Source: a virus
Taxonomy: Duplodnaviria; Caudoviricetes
Virus record (IMG/VR): IMGVR_UViG_3300025803_000074
Coordinates: 1-28,414 of that record
Length of the DNA: 28,414 nt
Strand: one strand, 5' to 3'
The position numbers and the translations under genes were made by a program. This document shows, in pieces, positions 14,773-23,735 of this stretch. The notes beneath the pieces are model-generated. The model did no database searches. It was not told the DNA's origin and saw only the letters and a list, made by a program, of their open reading frames with translations. How positions within the stretch are numbered: the stretch's first letter is position 1; each line of letters begins with the position of its first letter.

Positions 14773-17363
14773 TATCTAGCAACACCTCTCTTAATGTCAT
14801 CAAGATACACATAAAGAAAATCTGTAACGGTCCTTCCTTTGTCATCTACATAGGTATATGTAAACGGCTCAAGTCCACCATCTTTATCTAAAACCACAGC
14901 CATGTATTGAACATTTTCTGCTACTGTTCCCGAGTACCGCATAGGCTGTAATTGTAATCTTGTTTTACCTTTTACAGTTTGTATATCTTCTGTACCAATT
15001 TCTTCTTCAATTACATTTTGATAAGTATCCCTTGGCATAAGTTGTTCTCTAGCTAAAGCTTTATATGACAATCCAAATCGTGCATCTTTGATCCCAAGAT
15101 CTGCAACTACTTTGTTTAAGTAATTTACTGCTGGCAAAACATTATCACCAAAAACACCTGACAATGCTTGCCTAGATTTACCTACTGGACCAAATGCAGG
15201 ATCGATAACTACGCCCTGTGTATCGTGATAATGTTGCTCATAATAGCGAGTCATATCACTAATAATTGTATCTTTATCTTTATTGCCAGAAGCAATTTTG
15301 TATTTTAGATAAGAGTTCATTTCTAAAAAAACATTTGCATTGTTGGTTCCAACAATACCTTGAAGAAGCCCCTCTAAAGTTTCACCCTCATCAAGCACTT
15401 TTTTTACTTTTTCTTGATATTCACTTTCGTTGTTTACTGCATCTGATAATGTAGCCGCAATCTTTGGAAAGTCATTGATGCCATTTTCTGACATGCTTGC
15501 CGCATAAAGAGTTTCTTCAAATGCACTAAATTCCTCTGCTGACAAAACATTTTGCCAAAGGTTTTTTTCTTGCGTTGAGCCTTTAACTCTAACACTAGAA
15601 AACATTCCAAAGTAACTAACAGCTAAATTAATTCTAGCTGGATCATCAACCATTCCAGAAATAGCACTTTTAACAATACCAACAGGAGTGCTTGGAATTA
15701 CACCACCACTTGCTAAAACTTTAGGTTTCCATTGTTCTTGTGTGTTTATTGCATCTGCTGTCAGAAAGAAAGAAGATGGTCGTCCATTTAAAATAATTTC
15801 TTCCATTTCATTTTGATGACTTTTTGTTGTTGGGCTTCCTATACTATTTATGAAACTTTCTCGTATATTTTGTTTAGATGCAGACAAAGAATTTTGATTT
15901 ATAACAGCCCTTTTAGCTGTTACAATAGCCTGTGTATCAGCACCAATAGAATCTCTATCAACATCAAACTCAGCGTTTTTAATTATAAAGTCAGCTATGG
16001 CTTGTACATCATCAGGAAGATCAACTTTTAAATCTCCTTCGTTATCAATGTAATCACGAAAATCTGTAGCTTCTTCTAAGTCAGTTACACCATTAACATC
16101 TTTAATTAGACGATCAAATAAAAGCTGTCTTGTTCTTTTCTTTGCTGTTGTTGTATCAATGTCAGATTCTAGCTTCTGAGCTATGCTATCTAACTTACCA
16201 AACCAAGCATTTAATGTGTCCTGTGCCGCAAAAAGATCACTGCTTTTTATATGCTTATCTAAAGTATCATTAACTTTTTGCGCCTCAGGTTTAATGCCAA
16301 GCTTTAACTGTACTTTTTCATCATCCTCTTTTTGCTTTTCTTCCTGATCAATATCGGTTTGACGCATCCTTTCATCTGCTTCTGATTGCCCTAAATTAGC
16401 TTGGATTCCTCGCAAATCAGTATTAATTGCGTCAAAATGAGTATTAAAATCTTCATTGCTCATCAATTCAGACGCAACATCTTGTAAAGATTCGGGCAAA
16501 GTAGAAATATTTTCTACATTTCCTGTTTGCAAAACTATTTGTAAATCATTTATATCGCCAGATTCTAGATCTTCATTATCTAAAATAATTTGATTTATGC
16601 GTCTTGTTGCGCCTCTAGCCTTTGCAAGACTAACAGTTCGCCTTAATTTTTTTGCTTCTGCATTACTAATAAACTGAACATCACCATCAACATTTTTTTC
16701 TATTAATTCTTCAGCTAAAAAAGAAGCGTTACGAGCATCTTCTAAAGATTTAGAATCGCCTAAACCAATTAAAGATTCTATTTTATTGGCAAGATCGTTT
16801 ACATCTAGTTCAATTTGCTGTCTATTTTCTTCATGCTGTTTTTGACTCTGTTTGCTCATTAAGTTAAGAGAATTGGAAGCCAGCATTGCGCTTCCAATAT
16901 TTTCAATAATGTTTGCAAACTTAGGCACTGCCGTACCCTTTGCGTTTTCAATATAAGTTCCGAAGTCTGTCTTAAACTTAGCCACCCCATTGGAATCATT
17001 TTGATAAAGAATTGCTAATCGTTGCGCTTCTGCACTAAAATCTTGTTCAGTTTGCGATACGTAACGGCGTTCAATAATATCTTGATACGCTGTTCTTGCC
17101 TCAACTCCAAAGCCAGACGGAATGTTAAACGCTTCTGGCTCACCAGTAATAGGATCAATAGTTCTAATGTTGGCGGCAGATGCGGCCTGTGCTGTTTCTA
17201 TACCTTTTTCTCTTGCTTCACGCTTTAACTCATTAAAAGATGACTCAATCATAGTATCAGCTAGGCGACCGACACTTGCCCACTGCTCAGACAATCCTGT
17301 ATCAGAGCGAATAACACCGATTGGCTTTGTTATGTTTTGTCTTTGTTGCCTAATAACCGCCAT
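14772..17363 (-). CDS. Internal virion protein, 863 aa
   Basis: Acidic helical protein, MAVIRQ..PIGVIR start, syntenic with T7 gp15. Confidence 0.7.
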   Translation of the reverse strand: MAVIRQQRQNITKPIGVIRSDTGLSEQWASVGRLADTMIESSFNELKREAREKGIETAQAASAANIRTIDPITGEPEAFNIPSGFGVEARTAYQDIIERRYVSQTEQDFSAEAQRLAILYQNDSNGVAKFKTDFGTYIENAKGTAVPKFANIIENIGSAMLASNSLNLMSKQSQKQHEENRQQIELDVNDLANKIESLIGLGDSKSLEDARNASFLAEELIEKNVDGDVQFISNAEAKKLRRTVSLAKARGATRRINQIILDNEDLESGDINDLQIVLQTGNVENISTLPESLQDVASELMSNEDFNTHFDAINTDLRGIQANLGQSEADERMRQTDIDQEEKQKEDDEKVQLKLGIKPEAQKVNDTLDKHIKSSDLFAAQDTLNAWFGKLDSIAQKLESDIDTTTAKKRTRQLLFDRLIKDVNGVTDLEEATDFRDYIDNEGDLKVDLPDDVQAIADFIIKNAEFDVDRDSIGADTQAIVTAKRAVINQNSLSASKQNIRESFINSIGSPTTKSHQNEMEEIILNGRPSSFFLTADAINTQEQWKPKVLASGGVIPSTPVGIVKSAISGMVDDPARINLAVSYFGMFSSVRVKGSTQEKNLWQNVLSAEEFSAFEETLYAASMSENGINDFPKIAATLSDAVNNESEYQEKVKKVLDEGETLEGLLQGIVGTNNANVFLEMNSYLKYKIASGNKDKDTIISDMTRYYEQHYHDTQGVVIDPAFGPVGKSRQALSGVFGDNVLPAVNYLNKVVADLGIKDARFGLSYKALAREQLMPRDTYQNVIEEEIGTEDIQTVKGKTRLQLQPMRYSGTVAENVQYMAVVLDKDGGLEPFTYTYVDDKGRTVTDFLYVYLDDIKRGVAR

Positions 17364-17370
17364 GATTCAC

Positions 17371-17817
17371 CTATTTATAAATATGATAACGATAAATGCC
17401 AGATGCTAATGAACTAGCCGCGTTAAGATAAGATGTTCTTATTGCAGTCTGACCTTTGAATGATTCCATTTGCCCAAGGGTTCTGCTTTGTGATGCTTCT
17501 TGTAATGCACCAGACTCGATAGCAGAGATGTCGGAAAAAGCTATTTCTTTTTGCCTGTTCATAAATGATCTCAAAGACATGTCTGACGTATCTCTATTAA
17601 GAAACGCTTGGAAAGATTGGTTAGCAGACTCAGCAGTTCTATATTGTTGCGTCCTAATATTAGCCCTTTCAAGACCAGCAATTTCTTGTTGCATAGCCTG
17701 TTGCTTGTATTGATCTCTATTAAATGCCGCTTCACGTTTAAGAGCCTTGCCTTGTTGCAAACTTGAAAGCATTGAAAGGCCAGTAGCGGCAATCTGAATA
17801 CCTAGTGGAATAGCCAT
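17371..17817 (-). CDS. Small internal virion protein (T7 gp14-like position)
   Basis: Hydrophobic N-terminus, Q/A-rich helix, follows tail tubular B. Confidence 0.7.
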   Translation of the reverse strand: MAIPLGIQIAATGLSMLSSLQQGKALKREAAFNRDQYKQQAMQQEIAGLERANIRTQQYRTAESANQSFQAFLNRDTSDMSLRSFMNRQKEIAFSDISAIESGALQEASQSRTLGQMESFKGQTAIRTSYLNAASSLASGIYRYHIYK

Positions 17818-20423
17818 TAGAACGATACCTCTGCTATAATACCATTAACTTGCAATGATAATGGTGCTGTTTGTTTAATTGTAACTACTGGATCTTTGCT
17901 ATAACCCAATAATCTAAATTCTTCTTTGCCAGTAACAGGCGTTCTTGAAAGACTAAAATCATCTGTTACCTGACGAATAACTAGATTCTTATCATTAATC
18001 GACACAGACAAGGTATCTAATAGATCTACCACTACCCTGTTAACAGAGCGAGGTTCGCCTGTGAGTGGCCCTCCCGCTATCTGAGCATCAATCGGTAGTG
18101 TTTGTGCCTCAACATTAAAGTCATAGCCAATTTCAGCATTTGTTATTTCTTGTATAGCAGACACATCTACATTGCCACTAGCAACAGTAAACTCGCCAAG
18201 GTAATCAGTATCATTAACAACCTTTACCTTTGCTCCATTAGCAAAGTGACTAGACACATCAAATACACCAGCAGTGCCAACAAACTTATCAGAGAAGTCC
18301 ATATTCATAGCAGAGTTAAACTCCATAAGAATAAACTTCTCAGTGCCAGCACCTAGATCAAATCTGCCTACACAGAACACTCTATCATCTACTGTGCAAA
18401 CAGAATCAAATCTTCCATTAGTAGTCCACTGCGACCACCCTGCACGTTGTTCTGCTCTGTTAGATGTAAAGACAGCTATTGTGCCATCAAGGTTTAATAC
18501 AAAAGCATATGACTCAGGACGGTTAATAGCTCCTCTAAGGATGCACATTTGTACAGGCGAGTTAATTAAATGCGGTGATAAAACAGATATACCAGTGGCT
18601 ACATAAGCCGCTTCTGAATCTGAAAATATGTACTCGCGTACAACAGATCCATTTTTTTGCACATATATTGTTGCACCATCAAATGACTCTGGACGTACAA
18701 AGTTACTGCCATATGGCGTCTGTCTGCGTATCTGTGCGTTTGTTGGCGTGATAGCCTTCTCAGTAAATGAAGGTATGTACATTTCTGATGTCGTTGTAAA
18801 TATCTGTAGATCACGATTAGAGGTTAAATGGCGTATAGTATTAATCTCACCAATAGCCGCAGTCAGATCAATAGCATCGCCATCTTCACCATCACCTACA
18901 TCGAAGTCAAAGTATGATGCTGGTTTGCTAGCCCATATACCATCAGGTTGTGCAACAGTACCAGCTAGCCACAATCTGTTTTCGTGTAGCGTTACAGCCG
19001 CAGGAAAGCCGCGTAGTGTGCTATATGATTGCTCACCCCATTCTGTAGTGGTGGCATGTGTTTTAATTTTAGGTGAACCGCCACCAATAGTAGAAGCATT
19101 AGCATTAGCACCAGCAGTTACAACAATTACATTCTCATCAATAACCTCTTGTACAGCTTCAGTGCCATTGATTTGATTTGCCGATATACCTCCTACACCA
19201 CCAGCCTCACTAATGACTATGCTATCATTTACAGCCAAGCCATGAAGCGGGAATGTAATGCGTATATTTGCACTCCCATCAGTTGTTTCTATAGCGTCTG
19301 TAGCAAGTTTGACTTCTAACTTGTCAGTTACGTTACCAGTTGCTTGTGTTGCTGACTGGACAGAAGTGATTATAATTTCATTTTCATGGTAACGAAGTGT
19401 TACCCCAATGTGTTTTGAATCAGCATAGTTACCGCCAGATTGACTTCCTGTTATATCAAAGTAAGCCGCACTTGTAGTTAAAGTTATGCCATTACCATTA
19501 TCAGCAGAAGGATCAAGGGTCATGCCTACTGGTTGAAATGAATAGAATGGTTGATGTACCTTGAACCCATCTGGACTTTCATCAAATGTAAGTGTTTCTA
19601 ATTGGAATGTTGTAAGGCTAGTTCTTACAAGTTTGCGTGTCATAAAGGTTTGATGCGCTATGAACATAACATCGCCAGCTTGTGCGTATGTTAGTTCAGA
19701 AACAATCAGATCGCTAAATGGTATAGCCGCAGATGATGTATCGGCTGTTAATGTTTGAACCAAAGATATTGCGCCTGTTGTTGGGCTTATCTGAAATACT
19801 CTTATCTTAGCGTTTTCAAGACTTACTATGTATCTTTCATCATCAGAAAAGATAAACGGCACAACTCGTACTTGTTGTTTTGTACCGCCAGTAAAATCAG
19901 TAACAGCTAATCTGGTCGTATCAGAAGATGTTACAGTTAAGTTTTCAGTGGGATTTACAGGAGTATCTCTAGTTACAGTCACTACTGCCGCAGATGGATT
20001 AGCTACAGTAAATCCAGTTACTGCATTAAGAGCAGTAAAAATGTTATCAGCAGTTGTATTATTACTTTCATTTGCCCTAACAAAATGAGTGTTGCCAGAA
20101 GGAGATGAAGGGCTTTCTCCACTAGAAGCCTCGAACTCTAGTGTAATTTTATCACTGCCAGTAAACAAAACTAAAGTAGAGCCAGTAGCAATATTAGCAT
20201 AATCACTAACTGTTATTGTGCATGTTGTCGCTTCTACAGCAGTGTCATACTCATAGATTTTTTCCGTACCAAATCTTTTAAGTAATCCACCTTCATTGCG
20301 TAAGAAGAAGTTTTCTACCTTCTTAGCAGAGTTATTGTAGATAGGCGTATCCGTCCTTGAAACCAAAGACGGACTGACTTCTCCAAACTGAAAGTTGCTA
20401 ATAGGTACGCGAATACGAGCCAT
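17817..20423 (-). CDS. Tail tubular protein B / nozzle
   Basis: NFQFGEVSP...RTD...GGLLKRFGT, YAQAGDVMFIAH, GFPAAVTLHENRLW, GWSQWTT, QTAPL motifs. Confidence 0.9.
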   Translation of the reverse strand: MARIRVPISNFQFGEVSPSLVSRTDTPIYNNSAKKVENFFLRNEGGLLKRFGTEKIYEYDTAVEATTCTITVSDYANIATGSTLVLFTGSDKITLEFEASSGESPSSPSGNTHFVRANESNNTTADNIFTALNAVTGFTVANPSAAVVTVTRDTPVNPTENLTVTSSDTTRLAVTDFTGGTKQQVRVVPFIFSDDERYIVSLENAKIRVFQISPTTGAISLVQTLTADTSSAAIPFSDLIVSELTYAQAGDVMFIAHQTFMTRKLVRTSLTTFQLETLTFDESPDGFKVHQPFYSFQPVGMTLDPSADNGNGITLTTSAAYFDITGSQSGGNYADSKHIGVTLRYHENEIIITSVQSATQATGNVTDKLEVKLATDAIETTDGSANIRITFPLHGLAVNDSIVISEAGGVGGISANQINGTEAVQEVIDENVIVVTAGANANASTIGGGSPKIKTHATTTEWGEQSYSTLRGFPAAVTLHENRLWLAGTVAQPDGIWASKPASYFDFDVGDGEDGDAIDLTAAIGEINTIRHLTSNRDLQIFTTTSEMYIPSFTEKAITPTNAQIRRQTPYGSNFVRPESFDGATIYVQKNGSVVREYIFSDSEAAYVATGISVLSPHLINSPVQMCILRGAINRPESYAFVLNLDGTIAVFTSNRAEQRAGWSQWTTNGRFDSVCTVDDRVFCVGRFDLGAGTEKFILMEFNSAMNMDFSDKFVGTAGVFDVSSHFANGAKVKVVNDTDYLGEFTVASGNVDVSAIQEITNAEIGYDFNVEAQTLPIDAQIAGGPLTGEPRSVNRVVVDLLDTLSVSINDKNLVIRQVTDDFSLSRTPVTGKEEFRLLGYSKDPVVTIKQTAPLSLQVNGIIAEVSF

Positions 20424-21016
20424 TAACTTCGCCTTTCAGTAATAAACCTCGATGTTGGGATACTGCGTGTTGTCTGTTGTTGCGAATCAAGGCTTCTAGC
20501 CTTTGCCATAGTTTGTGTGCCAGCAGATTGCATAAGTTGTGCAAGGCTAGCATCTCTTGCAATAGATGTGGCAAAGATATTGGCAAGCGCATATTCAACA
20601 GCAATGACAAAGTATGAAGGCCAGTTTTCTTCATTTGCCCTAAATGTGTAATCAATTATTAAACTATCGCTTGTTGTTGTATCGCTAAATACTTTGTCAC
20701 CATAAATCTGGTAATCAATTAAGTTGTCATTAATTGTAACTGAGTGAACCATTAAGGTGTCATTAGGTAGCTGATGTGCACGATCATAACGACCAGTAGG
20801 TATATCTGTTAGTAAATTCATTACTGCCTGATTGGTGGCAAATCTCCACCTTGTATTTACTAATGATGCTCTAGCTACATCTTCATACATATTAACAGCC
20901 ACAAGTGCTTCTGTACTACCTTCATCAAATGAAGTAATTGGGTTTGCTCCAATAAGAATCAAAGCCCTAGAACAAATATCAATAGCTGAATCGGCGGTTG
21001 TACTGGTAACTGTCAT
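20423..21016 (-). CDS. Tail tubular protein A / adaptor
   Basis: IDICSRALILIGANPITSF...WRFA...HQLP...ARSLDSQQ. Confidence 0.88.
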   Translation of the reverse strand: MTVTSTTADSAIDICSRALILIGANPITSFDEGSTEALVAVNMYEDVARASLVNTRWRFATNQAVMNLLTDIPTGRYDRAHQLPNDTLMVHSVTINDNLIDYQIYGDKVFSDTTTSDSLIIDYTFRANEENWPSYFVIAVEYALANIFATSIARDASLAQLMQSAGTQTMAKARSLDSQQQTTRSIPTSRFITERRS

Positions 21017-21025
21017 GTATAGCGA

Positions 21026-21043
21026 GGGGGGCCGAAGCCCCCC
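21026..21043 (-). other. C(UUCG)G tetraloop hairpin between capsid and tail genes
   Basis: GGGGGGC-TTCG-GCCCCCC on the - strand; no U-tract; lies between AAGGAG and ATG 21016. Confidence 0.8.
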
Positions 21044-21049
21044 ACTCCT

Positions 21050-21313
21050 TTAGTCTGAGTCTGTTTCAGCGATAGCTGTGCCATCAGACACATCTACTAC
21101 TGTGCCAGTATTTGACAAAACACTTACAAAACTTGTTGTAGGAGTGTTTGTGTCAGCCACAATTATAACATCTCTAATAGCTAGCATATTTGCCGCATCG
21201 TTAAAATAACCAGCAGAGTTAACAGCCGCAATAGCGTCTGTAGTTGTGTAAGCCCACAAGTTAATGTTTGATGCACCAGCTAACCGAGATAATCCTGTAG
21301 CACTAAAAGCCAT
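21050..21313 (-). CDS. Small virion protein downstream of MCP (possible decoration protein)
   Basis: WAYTTTDAIAAVNSAGYFN...DVIIV; AGGAG RBS; position after MCP. Confidence 0.7.
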   Translation of the reverse strand: MAFSATGLSRLAGASNINLWAYTTTDAIAAVNSAGYFNDAANMLAIRDVIIVADTNTPTTSFVSVLSNTGTVVDVSDGTAIAETDSD

Positions 21314-21327
21314 TTCAATATCTCCTA

Positions 21328-22140
21328 TTAGTTGTTGTCTAAGACTTCATAGATACCGTTGTCATCAATAACAACAGCACCCATTGACATCATGGAAGTT
21401 CCAAGGTGTGAGACACGCTCTGGAACGTAATTCAACTCAGTGGTAACGTCAGCACCAACACCCAGACCCACAGAAGATGTGTGGTATGCCATGTTTTTAC
21501 CAGCAGTTACGGCTGATGTTGAAAAGATTTTGAAGCCCAAGAACTCTTTCATGCTCATGCCACCAGCGTAAGGTAGATTCTGCTCACCTACAAAGTCGCT
21601 AGAAGCAAACTCTGTAATAGCAAACAGGTCAGCATAACCTTTCGGGTGCATAGCAAGATAGCGTCCACCGTCCTCTGGAATATTAGCAGAGCCGAATGTC
21701 TCAAACAAAGACAGCAGATCAGCTTTTTCCAAAGCAGAACTTGTGTCGTGGATCTGAGTTGAGTTTGCACCAGCATCCATAGCTGTAATCAAAATCTCAT
21801 CAGTCTTACGACCAAGTGCGGCGGCGGCAGATTTAGCTACAGCCTGACGCTCATCAATGTTTGTCTTGAGTTCATCTAGCTTGTCGATGTACTCGGCGGC
21901 GTAGAAGTCAGCCATTGTTGCTTCTACTGTGGTATGGGCTAGTTCCATAGGAGTTACCAAACCGTTGCGTGATTTAGTTGAAGCAGAGCCAGTGCCGATC
22001 TTTTGGAATCGAACTACTGAACCACTCACATTACTTACTGTACGCACTGTGTTCCGCAATTTAGAACCCATGCGCTGATAAGCCATGTGAACCTCTGATT
22101 CAAACTGTTTAATAAAGGCGGTATCTATTGAGTTCGCCAT
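21328..22140 (-). CDS. Major capsid protein
   Basis: IDTAFIKQFESEVHMAYQRMGSKLR...YIDKLDELK...AAAALGRKTDE; follows scaffold. Confidence 0.92.
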   Translation of the reverse strand: MANSIDTAFIKQFESEVHMAYQRMGSKLRNTVRTVSNVSGSVVRFQKIGTGSASTKSRNGLVTPMELAHTTVEATMADFYAAEYIDKLDELKTNIDERQAVAKSAAAALGRKTDEILITAMDAGANSTQIHDTSSALEKADLLSLFETFGSANIPEDGGRYLAMHPKGYADLFAITEFASSDFVGEQNLPYAGGMSMKEFLGFKIFSTSAVTAGKNMAYHTSSVGLGVGADVTTELNYVPERVSHLGTSMMSMGAVVIDDNGIYEVLDNN

Positions 22141-22164
22141 TTTACAGTCCTTCTCTTTAAGGTT

Positions 22165-22227
22165 GTTGAGTTACAGTTTTGCGGTTATCTGTGTGGCATC
22201 CTCAACGCGAGTATCCTTGCGGGTCGC
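22165..22227 (-). promoter_or_regulatory. Structured 5' leader of MCP gene
   Basis: GCGA...CC-GCAA-GG...TCGC hairpin followed by GTTGAG/CTCAAC stem enclosing ACAG/CTGT. Confidence 0.5.
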
Positions 22228-22749
22228 TCAGTGCATTACAGGCCGTGTTAATTCAGCAATAACACCTTTATGTTTCTCTCTGCAACGCACAAAACGCATC
22301 ATAGTATGACCGCATATATCATACGTCACATCATCAAAGGTGAATCCGCACCAGCTTAACCACATAATTGTTTCATGATGATCGGCTGGAACGTAGTTTT
22401 CTATGTACTCATAATCACTGTGCAGTAGCTCTATTGCATCAGCGCACCCTCTAAGAAATGGCCTAAAGTTATTAGTGATGCTGTTTGTGCCAAGCATCCA
22501 TATCCTTGCGCTGGATTGATCTAGTGGTACAGAGCCACACATAGCGATAGGAGCGTCATCAAATTTTATTGTGTATGTTTTTGCGCCGTGTATAGCCAAA
22601 GGCTCTGTAAGAGCTTCTAGCGGCCTTAAGCCGTATATCAAGCACTCTCTTAGATCATGCAGTCGTAAGTCGTCTGCTATTGCTTCTGCGTGATAGGGTA
22701 GGCTTTTGCTTAACGAGAGCCTACCAACTCGGATTAGATCCTTAGCCAT
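22228..22749 (-). CDS. GNAT-fold, T7 gp13/DUF2833-like protein
   Basis: LRLHDLREC, PIAMCG, IWMLGT, IENYV...IMWLSWCGF. Confidence 0.75.
   Translation of the reverse strand: MAKDLIRVGRLSLSKSLPYHAEAIADDLRLHDLRECLIYGLRPLEALTEPLAIHGAKTYTIKFDDAPIAMCGSVPLDQSSARIWMLGTNSITNNFRPFLRGCADAIELLHSDYEYIENYVPADHHETIMWLSWCGFTFDDVTYDICGHTMMRFVRCREKHKGVIAELTRPVMH
22256..22292 (-). promoter_or_regulatory. Candidate late promoter for MCP
   Basis: TTGTGCGTTG (22292-22283) overlapping TTGCAG, 18 nt, TATTGC; inside the 3' end of the GNAT gene. Confidence 0.45.
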
Positions 22750-23473
22750 AGATTTTCTTGAAACCTGATTCTACTTGGCTAACAAAATGTGCGTCACGCC
22801 TAGCAGGATCATGATACCGTGGATCTAACATCATCGCTTTTAATTCAGCTTCGCTTGTTTGTGCGACTGTTTCTGCACTACCAGCAGGACCAGACTGCTT
22901 AACTTGCTCCATAATATGCTCAAGAGCCATAATGCCATCAGCAGTTTCACACATACGCTCTATCGCTGTTATGTGTTCTTCTGGAAAGAACTGGTTAGCA
23001 AACAAACTAGCCGCTTCTGTTCTTGCAGAAGCATTGTCACCAAGCCTTGCAGTCTCGGCTTCAAAGTCAGGAACATCAGCGTTCAAAGCATCCATATACA
23101 TCTGTATGCCTTCTTGGAACTCCTCTTGGCTGTAGCCGTTTTCATATGATTGATTAGCCCACCAGTTAAGCAACTCATTGCCTTCTGTTTGAGTTTCATC
23201 AAAACCTTCTGGCAACTGATAATCACCTACCTCTGCTGGACGATTAGCAAATGCTTCTTCTTGGATTTCTTTCATCCAAGCATCTCTAGCTTCCTCGTCC
23301 TTTTGACCTAGCTTGCCTTCAAGTGATGAGTATGCTGTAGCCAGATCTTCTGCGGTCTTAAACTTTTCTGGCAACCACTCAGGACGCTCTGATTCCGTTT
23401 GCAATAACGGATCGCCGCCCTCAGTAACAACATCACTTTCCTGTGGTGCTTCTACTTGCGCTTCTTCATTCAT
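22742..23473 (-). CDS. Capsid assembly scaffolding protein
   Basis: ERPEWLPEKFKTAEDLATAYSSLEGKLG and MMLDPRY.DP; very acidic; start reassigned to ATG 23473 (MNEEAQ). Confidence 0.88.
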   Translation of the reverse strand: MNEEAQVEAPQESDVVTEGGDPLLQTESERPEWLPEKFKTAEDLATAYSSLEGKLGQKDEEARDAWMKEIQEEAFANRPAEVGDYQLPEGFDETQTEGNELLNWWANQSYENGYSQEEFQEGIQMYMDALNADVPDFEAETARLGDNASARTEAASLFANQFFPEEHITAIERMCETADGIMALEHIMEQVKQSGPAGSAETVAQTSEAELKAMMLDPRYHDPARRDAHFVSQVESGFKKIYG

Positions 23474-23735
23474 CGTTTTTTGCCCTATGTGCGTGACGGA
23501 TGCGTGATTCAATGAGGCCAACGATATATCGCTGACCTTCCATATGGCGCAGTTCCGCATCGGAAACCCCTGCACCATGAACTTGTTCTATTGTGATTGA
23601 TCTTAGATAGCGTAAGACTTCTGCGCCAGTATCGGTGCTAAACAGACTAGCTAGATTCAAGCTAATCTTAACATCTTCTTCTTTCTTACGCTGATAACCA
23701 TCAAGTCCTAGATATGCGTTATTGTTGCGTACCAA
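23466..23735 (-). CDS. Bbp19-like protein between portal and scaffold
   Basis: LFSTDTGAEVLRYLRSITIE...LRHMEGQRYIVGLI. Confidence 0.8.
   Translation of the reverse strand: MVRNNNAYLGLDGYQRKKEEDVKISLNLASLFSTDTGAEVLRYLRSITIEQVHGAGVSDAELRHMEGQRYIVGLIESRIRHAHRAKNDE

Noticed and set aside
23474-23578. N-terminal extension of the scaffold in the ORF track
   Set aside because: Overlaps the Bbp19-like gene; acidic scaffold sequence starts at ATG 23473.
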